Origin: Chiloscyllium plagiosum
Lineage: Eukaryota
Direction of reading: 5' to 3'
Length of the DNA: 20,000 bases
Assembly: GCF_004010195.1 (NCBI RefSeq)
Contig: NC_057711.1
Location: 80,378,852-80,398,851, forward strand
Shown in pieces: positions 9,527 through 19,521 of the stretch; within the stretch, counting starts at the first letter, position 1; every line of letters starts with the position of its first letter. The notes under the pieces were generated by a model, which saw nothing but the letters and a program-made list of their open reading frames with translations, ran no database searches and was not told where the DNA came from. The translations under genes were made by a program, and so were the position numbers.

Positions 9527-11782
9527 TTAATTTCTTTTATCTCCACACCACTCAAATTCCCTCCCACGCTTTTCATTCCAAAGGCAACAGTTACATTGCA
9601 TTCAACCTGAAAATGTGCTACAGAATCATGTATAATTTGCTACATGGTTTCAAAGTTATAAGATGTAGCTCTTCCACAAGAATTTAATAGTGCACATACC
9701 AGTAAGTATCATCCATTTAGGGAACAAATTTGGAATAAACAACATAACTTTGCTCTCTTATCATAGAATTCTAATTATCATGATGTAAAAGAGTAAGGGT
9801 AATGATGCTTTGTCCTACACAGTGCCTCTGCTCTCATATCCTATTCTCCAACTCTATATACTTTCCTGCTAAAATGTATAACATCTACTGGTTTCTCTGT
9901 TAAAATGAAAGCAGAATTGTTCCAATCTCCCCAGTGTAGCCATTTTCTGTGTTTATTCAAAATAACTGATATTACAGCACTGAGGGGGAAAAAAAAGCAG
10001 TAATATTATCTAGTGAACTGTAGATTCTATTCTCCAATTAATTCAAGGTGATACATGGATCTTTTGAGTAAACTATAGATAGATGCCTCTTGTGTTACAT
10101 TTAAACATTTTGCTGAGCAAAACAAATGAATGTTTGCACAGGAACCATACATCACTGCTGTCCCATTTATGGATGATCAAGTATCCCATGTTCCTACAGG
10201 AATTGATCACTGTTTAATAGGATAGTCTCTTACATTTATTATTTCAAGCAAGAGGAGCACTTGCTGAGATCAGCGTGGTGTGTGCTGCAATCAGAGACAC
10301 AACAATTATTTATACCTTCAGTTAATATCCACAGGATTTTAAGGCAAGGGTCATATGTAGCAAAGCCAGTAAAATAAAATAAATTTATTGCATTGCATAA
10401 TTATTATTCTGGGTAAAAGGGGCATTTGATCTAACGGGGTAAGACCATCACACAATCCCAGAATTTATGTGACAATAAGTTTATGAGAGTGATGCTAAAT
10501 CAAAGGACAGTGCTCTATGATTGCTATCACTTTCATGTGATTCAGCACATCATGCATTCAGCATTATCTGGGTGACTAGAGATGCCAAATTATATTTCCA
10601 CTGCAAACTCTCTTTTTCAATTTCAACAGCCAACTCCCCTTTTACATATTCCTAAGCAGGTCTTCATCACATAGTTCCACTATCCAAGCAGAAGCCTCAT
10701 CCTAAAATCTCATCAGACTGTCTTTCTGTTTGGTATTCACCACCCAGTCTTGATGCTTTCTTAGCAATGCTCCTGTGTCTTCATCCACAGTATTTAATTG
10801 AAGAAGCTCTTACTTTTGGTGCTGAAGCAACCTCGAATTAGGTGGCAATAGATGAAAATATAATGTCCTATTCAAATATATTTATGTCACTTTGAAGCTC
10901 ACTTATGGACATATTATTGCAGACCTAGATATGCATGACCATAAAGTAACTTCTTATTCAATATTTATAATCCAATCTTCAATTTAATCTTATCATTCAA
11001 TTCAAAGTTTAAATGGATACATTAAATTATAAAAAGCCATTCTTTATTTTTATTCTCAACTGTTCTTACAATGTGTGAATTGATAAAAATGCCGTATATA
11101 TTGGCCAATCTTAGTTCCCCTGTGAATGTAAAGGTAAAATTATAACTTGACCTACTGCACTCTATGTGGCAATGTTAGATAGGGTTATCTAAGAATTTAA
11201 CCAAGCCTTAAAGGCTCTATATTTGAGATGTACATAATATTTAGAAAATCCTTACCATAAACCCCCTGTCCTCTTTCTCAGTTTTCAAATTGCTAACCTG
11301 TATATTGGCAAAGCCTCAACAGCCATTCTAATCTATTTCAGACTTCATTCACATAGGCTCAATGGATTGGGAAGGTAAATGAGAGAATTGGACAGCTCAC
11401 TGCTTCAAATTGGATAAGTTAACACACTGGAAATATTGAGCAGCTGGCACCCTGGAGAATGGTTTTGTCAGGAAAAGTTTGTTCTCGTAGGTGGAGTTGG
11501 GTGGGTACCAGCCAGAGCAGTAATCCAGGCTGTTTATGTGGAGAAGCATTCTTCTTTCTCTTCACCCACAAACATGAATTTGTAGTTTAGGCTTTTTTTG
11601 AACATTACATAATCCTGATTTGATATTAAAAGGGCTTACTGCCTGACAGCAGTGGACACAGTGTTGACTATTTATTGATGGAAACACATGAAAAATATTC
11701 CATTAAACTTGACAGAATAGAAATAATGTCAGTTTCACTTACTTTCAACCCACAAGTGGAATATCAGAAAATGTACTTCACA

Positions 11783-12260
11783 TATTAAGCTGGAGAGTGT
11801 TCAGAAGAGATTTACAAGGATGTTACCAGAAAGGGAATGTTTGTGTTATAAAGAGAGGCTGGATAAGCTAGGATTTTTTTTCAAGGAGGAGGTAGGAGGT
11901 TGAGGTAACTTTATAGAGGTTCATAAAATCATGAGAGGTACTGCTAAGTTGAATGGCAGGTGTATTTTCCCTAAGGAGGGAGATTTCAAGACGAGGTGTG
12001 TATCTTTAAGATAAGAGGAGAATTTTTTTTTTAAATGGGCAACAGTTTTTACACAGAGTGTGACTCATGTATGAAATGAACTTCCAAAGGAAGTGGTGGA
12101 TGGAGGTACGGTTACAACATTAAAAAGACATTTGGATGAGTACATGATTAAGAAATGTTTGGAGGGAAATGGGTCAAGCGCAGACAGATGGGACCAGTTT
12201 AGTTTAGGGTTATGGTCAGCATGGACTGAAAGGGTATGTTTCTGTGCTGTATGACTCTAT
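11783..12260 (+). mobile_element. CR1 (HER1-like) LINE, 5'-truncated 3' end
   Basis: IKLESVQKRFTRMLP..YKERLDKLGFF..IEVHKIMRG..*NELPKEVV..TTLKRHLDEYM; ends TTTCTGTGCTGTATGACTCTAT. Confidence 0.9.
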
Positions 12261-13156
12261 TTAAAATAATGATTTGCTGATTGTCACAGTACTGAGATTC
12301 TAGAGCTAAGATTGAAAGTGAAGGTATGCCATCTTCCAACAGGTCATAAAAATAAATGAATGTTTCTACAGAGGTCTTTCATGCAGTGGATTTTAAATCT
12401 CAAAGTAAAAAGAAAATTCTCCCTGTAATTTTGGGCTGTAATTCAAAATATTAGTTTACTAATATAGATCATAGTGCTATCATGAGGAGAAGAACAGAAT
12501 ATGAAATGATTCGTTAATGCAATAATAAATTTATTTATGTCTATTCAATTTGAGATAAATTGATGCAACACACATGTTTGGGATTCAATTCTAAACTAAT
12601 ATCTCCATTTTTGGTCACCAGTTATATTGTGTTACCTTTGAAATGTTAATTTCATATATCATCCCCTATATTATCATTTCTTGTATACTGCTTGGTTATG
12701 CTTCAGCGTCTGTAGCAAAACAATGCTAGAAGTAAAGCTAACTAGTTTTTCTCACTGCAAACATTACTGTGATGGAACATAATTATCAAAGGCAGTTTAG
12801 ATTGCTGGGCCAGGATGGGTTTGATGCTACGCATATTTATGTACTTTTACCAATCAGTGACATTCTATAAGGCAATGCGATCTGACATATCTTTAAATAT
12901 GAAGAATAGGATAAATACATAGTGCTTAATTTGAGGAATTATCAACATTGAAGTTTTATTAATATATGTTACTGCACTTAATAGCATGCCAAATGTCATA
13001 TATATTTGTATAGCACTTAATCCAAAATAGTCACTTAATAGCTAATCAAATATATTTGTTAATTCAAAGCAGTGTTGTCAATTTATTAAGAATTAATATT
13101 TCAATAATCAAATTAATTGTCTTCATTACACATTTGCTGCAGCATCTCATGGGAAA

Positions 13157-13511
13157 AGGATGGCTTAGTGCCATTGTCGCTGGAGTGTGTATCCCCAGAC
13201 CCAGGTAATGTTCTAGGGACCCGAGTTAAAATCCTACCATGGCAGATGGTGGGATTTCAATTCAATAAAAGTCTGGAAGTAAGTGTCCAATGATGACATT
13301 GAGACCATTGTCGATTGTCAGAAAAACCCATCTGGCTTGCTAATATCCTTTAGGGAAGGAAAGCTGCTATCCTTACCTGATCTGGCCTGCCTATGACTCC
13401 AAATCCGCAGCAATGTGGTTGATTTTTATCTACCCTCTGGGCAATTAGGGATAGGCAATAATTGCTGACCCAACCAGCAACACCCTTATTCTGTGAATGA
13501 ATAAAAGAAAA
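13157..13511 (+). mobile_element. tRNA-derived SINE (SacSINE1/Deu-SINE-like)
   Basis: A-box-like TGGCTTAGTG, B-box-like GAGTTAAAATCC, central CCTTACCTGATCTGGCCT..GACTCCA..CAGCAATGTGGTTGA, and a LINE-shared tail GGGCAATTAGGGATAGGCAATAA..GAATAAAAGAAA. Confidence 0.75.
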
Positions 13512-13644
13512 TTCCAGTTCCCATGTATAGTATTATATAAAGCTAGGTTTTAATATTCTGATATGCATGAATCTGCATCTGATGGAGGAAAAGAGGATAA
13601 AGGGACTGCAGTCTGGGAACCCTGCCCTCATTCCAATCATGTAG

Positions 13645-14865
13645 TGGAGATTGGCAAATGTGGTGCCACTGTTTAAGAAGGGCAGTAAAGACAAGCCAGG
13701 GAACTATAGACCAGTGAGCCTGACCTCGGTGGTGGGCAAGGTGTTGGAGGGAATCCTGAGGGACAGGATGTACGTGTATTCAGAAAGGCAAGGACTGATT
13801 CGGGATAGTCAACATGGCTTTGTGAATGGGAAATCATGCCTCACAAACTTGATTGAGTTTTTTGAAGAAGTAACAAAGAAGATTGATGAGGGAAGAGCAG
13901 TAGATGTGATCTATATGGACTTCAGTAAGGNNNNNNNNNNNNNNNNNNNNNNNNNNNNNNNNNNNNNNNNNNNNNNNNNNNNNNNNNNNNNNNNNNNNNN
14001 NNNNNNNNNNNNNNNNNNNNNNNNNNNNNNNNNNNNNNNNNNNNNNNNNNNNNNNNNNNNNNNNNNNNNNNNNNNNNNNNNNNNNNNNNNNNNNNNNNNN
14101 NNNNNNNNNNNNNNNNNNNNNNNNNNNNNNNNNNNNNNNNNNNNNNNNNNNNNNNNNNNNNNNNNNNNNNNNNNNNNNNNNNNNNNNNNNNNNNNNNNNN
14201 NNNNNNNNNNNNNNNNNNNNNNNNNNNNNNNNNNNNNNNNNNNNNNNNNNNNNNNNNNNNNNNNNNNNNNNNNNNNNNNNNNNNNNNNNNNNNNNNNNNN
14301 NNNNNNNNNNNNNNNNNNNNNNNNNNNNNNNNNNNNNNNNNNNNNNNNNNNNNNNNNNNNNNNNNNNNNNNNNNNNNNNNNNNNNNNNNNNNNNNNNNNN
14401 NNNNNNNNNNNNNNNNNNNNNNNNNNNNNNNNNNNNNNNNNNNNNNNNNNNNNNNNNNNNNNNNNNNNNNNNNNNNNNNNNNNNNNNNNNNNNNNNNNNN
14501 NNNNNNNNNNNNNNNNNNNNNNNNNNNNNNNNNNNNNNNNNNNNNNNNNNNNNNNNNNNNNNNNNNNNNNNNNNNNNNNNNNNNNNNNNNNNNNNNNNGA
14601 TATAAAAGAGACCTAAGGGGCAACTTTTTCACGCAGAGGGTGGTACATGTATGGAATGAGCTGCCAGAGGATGTGGTGGAGGCTGGTACAATTGCAACAG
14701 TTAAGAGGCATTTGGATGGGTATATGAATAGGAAGGGTTTGAAGGTATATGGGCCGTGTGCTGGCAGGTGGGACTAAATTGGGTTGGGATATCTGGTCGG
14801 CATGGACGGGTTGGACTAAAGGGTCTGTTTCCATGCTGTACATCTCTGTGACTCTATGACTCTAT
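13645..14865 (+). mobile_element. young 5'-truncated CR1 (HER1-like) LINE spanning the assembly gap
   Basis: An uninterrupted RT frame WRLANVVPLFKKG..PGNYRPVSLTSVVGK..SQHGF..SCLTNLIEFF..VDVIYMDFSK precedes the gap. YKRDLRGNFFTQRVVHVWNELP and a GACTCTATGACTCTAT tail follow it. Confidence 0.95.
13931..14598. other. assembly gap (668 N)
   Basis: Run of N inside the young CR1 copy. Confidence 1.
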
Positions 14866-15584
14866 CTGATATCTCAAGGGCACAGGTAAAGGCTTGTGTA
14901 GTAAATTCAAATGCAGCAATCCTGTTGCAGGTGGTGGTCCGATGTGGAGTTGGTGATTTCAGACAAATAGAATGATCTTTACTAACATGCCCAATACAAT
15001 TTTGTAAGTGACCTCAAGGCTGCTACATCAATCTGGTTGGCAGATGTCCTACCGATTTCAAGGGGGCCCCAATTCCACAAAAACGCTTGATTTATATACT
15101 GCTTTTAGCATGACAAACCAACCTAAAGATATTTAGACTCAGTTATGAAAGTGAGCAATAGAAATCAGGCTGTCCATTGGTTCCCAGTGTGGATACAGGT
15201 TGAGTTGAGGGGAGCTGGTCATTGCCACTTCAAGCTTTTTCCTCAAACCATCTCTATCTGCTGCAAAGTGTTTGTAGAGATAACATCTGGGCAAGGGATA
15301 CAAGAAAAGGAAACAGATGAACATTGTCAACATGCTGTTGAGTGCAGCATTCCTGATGAAGGAAGTTGTAGATACTAAGACAGTGTATGAAGCCTTCCAG
15401 ATTCAATGCAAAGTGAATCTTGAGCACTCTGGAAGTCATCATTCTAGGAGAGATATTGAATCTGAAAGACAAGTGCCTTGCTCAAATCAAGCAAACCATG
15501 GACCAACTCTTTAAATGGTGTATGAAACAATAGTGAAAGATTGGCCTGAATATATCAAGGACACACCTATTGCTAAAAGGGTGA

Positions 15585-15905
15585 TTTTTTTAAAAAATGC
15601 ATCCACTAGTGGGACGCAGGCATTGCTGGTCAACCAGTATTTATTTCTGTCCCTAGTTGCCCTTGAGAACGTGCTGGTGTGCTTCCTTCTTGAGCCTCTG
15701 CCCTCCATTTGTTGTAGTTTGATCTGTAATACCTTAGGGAGGGAGATCCAGGATTTGGGCTCAGTGATAATGAATGAACGATGATTTATTTCCAAGTCAG
15801 GATGGTGAGCGGCTTGGATGGGAATTTAGTGGTGGTTCCAGTATCTGCTGCTCTTGCCCTTCAACATGGAAGTGGTTGTAGATTTGGAAAGTGCTGTCTG
15901 AGGAT
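15585..15905 (-). mobile_element. 3' end of a CR1/L2-group LINE inserted in the Gypsy pol
   Basis: ORF 15511..15795 reads RSFIITEPKSWISLP. It is homologous to 9228-9526, and the Gypsy frame resumes immediately after it. Confidence 0.8.
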
Positions 15906-17017
15906 TAGAGAAATGGAATGATAGCCCAAGACTGTATTACGTACAAAGGAAATAGGATCATTACCCCTAATGGAGATTAGGAAAGAGATAATGAAGTCCA
16001 TCCATTACTGAACTGAATCTAGTGTAAAGAATGTTAGGAAAAAGGCTAATCATGAGGACTGAGGTTAAGAACCACATTAATCAATGCAGTGTGTAAGATG
16101 ATTACAAAGATAAGCATGCTAACAAGAGGCCTGTGACACATGACATCCCAGGCAGACCATCGATAAAGTTTGGAATAGGCATCTTTCTCCTTGCAGGGAG
16201 TGGTCATTTTGAAGCTGTCGACTATGATTTTGACCACTGGGTGCTAGTTCAGCTGATGTCAGTGATGTGACTGAGATTGTACATTTCCTGTGGTGATTTC
16301 ATTTCCTTTTTTTTCAGGGAGTGGTAGATGGGGTCTAATTTAATATGTTTGTTGATAGAGTTCTGGTTAGAATGTCATGCTTCTAGGAATTCTTGTGCGT
16401 GTCTCTGTTTGACATCACTGGGAATTTAGTGGTGGTTCCAGTATCTGCTGCTCTTGCCCTTCAACATGGAGGTGGTTGTGGATTTGGAAAGTGCTGTCTG
16501 AGGATTAGAGAAATGGAATGATAGCCCAAGACTGTATTATGTACAAAGGAAATAGGATCATTACCCCTAATGGAGATTAGGAAAGAGATAATTAAGTCCA
16601 ACCATTACTGAACTGAATCTAGTGTAAAGAATGTTAGAAAAAAGGCTAATCATGAGGACTGAGGTTAAGAACCACATTAACCAATGCAGTGCGTAAGATG
16701 ATTACAAAGATAAGCATGCTAACAAGAGGCCTGTGACACATGACATCCCAGGCAGACCATCGATAAAGTTTGGAATAGGCATCTTTCTCCTTGCAGGGAG
16801 TGGTCATTTTGAAGCTGTCGACTATGATTTTGACCACTGGGTGCTAGTTCAGCTGATGTCAGTGATGTGACTGAGATTGTACATTTCCTGTGGTGATTTC
16901 ATTTCCTTTTTTTTCAGGGGTGGTAGATGGGGTCTAATTTAATGTGTTTGTTGATAGAGTTCTGGTTAGAATGTCATGCTTCTAGGAATTCTTGTGCATG
17001 TCTCTGTTTGACATCAC
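15819..17017 (+). repeat. head-to-tail tandem duplication (600 bp at 15819-16418, 599 bp at 16419-17017)
   Basis: Direct comparison shows about 10 substitutions and one 1-bp indel (about 98% identity). It explains the twin ORFs 16046..16237 and 16646..16837. Confidence 0.97.
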
Positions 17018-17182
17018 CACAGGAAATTACATCACCAATCCAAAGAAACCCAAACATATAAGTAGAAAGCAGGAATTATCAGCAGTGCTTTGCCCGGAGA
17101 CACACTGAAGATGTTACCTAGTAGGGTGACGAAACATCTGGAAATGAACCTTCCAGCTCAGCGAGCAAACCTACATCCAGAA
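16883..17182. mobile_element. Penelope-like element fragment with internal inversion (minus 16883-17009, plus 17010-17182); the minus part is duplicated at 16283-16418
   Basis: The minus strand encodes KQRHAQEFLEA*HSNQNSINKHIKLDPIYHP (GIY-YIG C-terminus, REFLEAWHS motif). The plus strand continues the 3' region into the hammerhead motif. Confidence 0.85.
17103..17140 (+). ncRNA. minimal type I hammerhead ribozyme motif
   Basis: CA-CTGAAGA-T-GTTACCT(AGTA)GGGTGAC-GAAA-CATC-TG. The CUGANGA and GAAA cores are intact, stem II has 6-7 bp, the triplet is AUC, and stem I is very short. Confidence 0.75.
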
Positions 17183-18090
17183 GACAGACACTTTGTAAAG
17201 GTTTGGGAAATTCGATATCATGCATTATCTCCAATCTGTTAAGTCAAATGAAAAGGTTGAGGTGACAGTGACTATTGGCACAGAAATCCTAAGTAAATCA
17301 AGCATATCCAACAAGAACAGCAATCTTCAAGTAAAAAATTACATTTACTGAAGGCTTAGAAGGTTGTTCAGTCCAAAAATTAGTGTCATGCCCAATCAAA
17401 TCACATTTCCAATTGCAAAATAACTACTGAAGCTAGAAATAGTAACAAGCATGAGTGACAAAATGAAAGCAAAAGAATAGAAAGCCAAATTTCCCTTGAT
17501 AAAATATCAAGTTATTGCCAGAGCTCAGCATTGGTGAGCCAAAGTATAAGCATTCAAAACTCTTAACAAACATCAGCCCATGTGGCAACTTATGGCTATT
17601 CCAAGCAGTTGTTTCCTCAATAATATGTGGTGAATGTGACTGGCCAGACACACTGTCATAGGCAGAGAGATCTACATTTAACCAGATAAGTTATGTCTTC
17701 ACTGTAAACAATTGATTCGGAAGATTAATCTTAGCATCTGCACAGTGTACAGAATGACTGTCAGTCACAGAAGTCCACCATTCCACAGTAATGGAAATAG
17801 TCAGCAATAACTGTTACCATAGTAACTGTACTTGCCAAATGTCAATACTCTCCAGAGAAGGAACACCAACCCAGGAATGTGCAGGTATCAGATACCAGCC
17901 AACAAAATGCACATTTGTGCCATTAGGTATCTGCATAATTTAAAGACAAAGTGCAGAGATTGACAAAAGTCATGTTGACAAGAGTTAGCACAATATTGTT
18001 AATGAATGATGATTTTCTTTGTCAACATATGTCATGTAACTTGTAATTGCATATCATAATGTGTGCAATTTTAAAAATTTTGTTTTGTTT

Positions 18091-18227
18091 AAGGGGGGAT
18101 GTTTCGAGAAATGTGCTTGTACTTAGCATACTGGCTGGCCTGTTGTGGTTTTGACTTCTGAATCTGCTGTAAATAACTTTTTTTTGTCTTTTGTGCTGAC
18201 CATTAACATATACAAACATACAAAACA
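18091..18227 (+). mobile_element. probable polypurine tract and short or decayed 3' LTR of the Gypsy element
   Basis: A T-rich stretch is followed by AAGGGGGGA (18091-18099) directly abutting TGTTTCG. A candidate end CAAAACA gives TGTTT..AAACA termini, about 400 bp downstream of the integrase remnant. Confidence 0.45.
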
Positions 18228-18229
18228 AA

Positions 18230-19082
18230 AGTGGAAGTCGGCAATTTGGTCCATTAAGCTTACAAAAACATTTAATAAAATCAAGGTTTTTTATTTCAAT
18301 TCTACGTTTCCAATTACCCTAGTAACCACTGATTCCCTTGCCTAGTAAGAATATATCAATTACTGCCTTAAAATGTTGAATTATGCCATTCCTAGCACTT
18401 ACCAAGGCAGAGAATTCCAAACTGCACAACCCATAACTTTAAAACCATGAGCCTGGTTCTGAACTGACTCATAAGAGAAAAAGCATCCTTTCCTCCTCCG
18501 CATTTTCTAAGACCACTTTAGTGAAGTCACGCATCACTTTTCCAAACCCCATTGGAAAGATCTCCAGTTGTGCAGGCTGCCCTCATAAAGCATTCCACTC
18601 ATTCCAAGTATCAATCTAATAGACCTCTTTTGAAACATGTCCTTCAAACTCTTTCCTTAAAATGCACCTTATACTTTAGATTAGATTACATTACAGTGTG
18701 GAAACAGGCCCTTTGGCCCAACAAGTCCACACCGACCCGCCGAAGCGCAACCCACCCATACCCCTAACCTAACACTACAGGCAATTTAGCATGGCCAATT
18801 CACCTGACCTGCACATCTTTGGTATGTGGGAGGAAACCCACGCAGACACGGGGAGAACATGCAAACTCCACACAGTCAGTCGCCTGAGGCGGGAATTGAA
18901 CCCGGGTCTCAGGCGCTGTGCTAACCACTGTGCCACCGTGCCGCCCACACAGAAATCAAGATGTGGTCCAACAGGTTTATTTGAAAACACTGGTTTTTGA
19001 GGTATTGTTCCTTCATCACCATGCCATTGACCTGAAGTATAACATTCTCACTTTTATGTTCATGAAGATAACATTTGACCTT
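18230..19082 (-). mobile_element. ancient CR1 LINE 3' end, interrupted by the HE1 SINE
   Basis: Minus-strand remnants include WNSLP (GGCAGAGAATTCCAAA), GPHLDFCV (for RPHLEYCV) next to the SINE, and KVK..LSS (for KANGMLxFI). Confidence 0.65.
18676..18947 (-). mobile_element. HE1-type V-SINE, near full length with small internal deletions
   Basis: tRNA head with A and B boxes, V-domain TGTGTGGAGTTTGCATGTTCTCCCCGTGTCTGCGTGGGTTTCCTCC, CR1-derived tail TTGGGCCAAAGGGCCTGTTTCCACACTGTA, and a (TCTAA)n end. Confidence 0.92.
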
Positions 19083-19099
19083 GGGGGAGTTAAAAGTAA

Positions 19100-19521
19100 A
19101 TAATAAGGAGATGGCAAATAAAATTAACAAATTTCTGCCCTCATTCTAAAGGATACAACAGCATTCCTGCAATAGAACAAATCATGAGGAAATTATTGAA
19201 AGAAGCAGTACTAAGCAAACTGATTGAGTCATGAGCTGACACATTCTGCATCCAGATGAACATCTTCCTAAGTCTTAAAGGAGGCAACTAGTGTAGTCAA
19301 TGTTAATTTTCTGAAATTCCCCAGATTCATAAAAGGTTCCAGGCTAAAATGATTCAAACATAATCTTTCTTTTCAAGAAAAGAGAGAGGCAGAAAACAGG
19401 AAAGTGAAGTACAGCTATTTTGATACCGGTAGTGGAGAAGGTGTTAGAATTGATCAATAAGGAAGTTATAGCTGAGGAAACAGAAAAAAACCCAAAGGTA
19501 ATCGGGGAGTGTTAGTCATGA
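19100..19521 (+). mobile_element. ancient CR1 ORF2 fragment (pre-RT region)
   Basis: NKEMANKIN..VLSKL..IF*NSPDS*KVP..FKKRERQKTGK..SVVEKVLELI, homologous to about 8380-8700. It ends at the SQHG-like position where the PLE begins. Confidence 0.75.

Larger units (their letters stand above)
15140..17690 (+). mobile_element. decayed Ty3/Gypsy pol (end of RNase H, integrase zinc-binding region and core), interrupted by a LINE, a PLE and a tandem duplication
   Basis: Colinear pseudo-translation: FFLKPSLSAAKCL*R..YKKRKQMNIVNMLLSA..CLAQIKQ..TL*MVYETIVKDWPEYIKDTP [LINE] AQDCITYKGNRIITP..IH..MRTEVKNHINQCSV*..THDIPGRPSIKFGIGIF..VDYDFDHW [PLE] RHFVKVWEI..SP..KSNEKVEVTV..LPELSIGEP. Confidence 0.8.

Noticed and set aside
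13931..14598. gap apparently shorter than the CR1 segment expected between DFSK and YKRDLRG
   Set aside because: Scaffold gap sizes are estimates, so an internal deletion cannot be inferred.
13651..14632. 321-aa and 236-aa ORFs
   Set aside because: Their lengths come from translating through Ns. Only the first ~93 codons of the + ORF are real, and they are CR1 RT.
16046..16837. twin 63-aa ORFs as a duplicated small gene
   Set aside because: They are antisense shadows of the Gypsy integrase remnant inside the tandem duplication.
18775..19130. cluster of overlapping short ORFs
   Set aside because: These are chance frames through the GC-rich HE1 SINE and the CR1 remnant.
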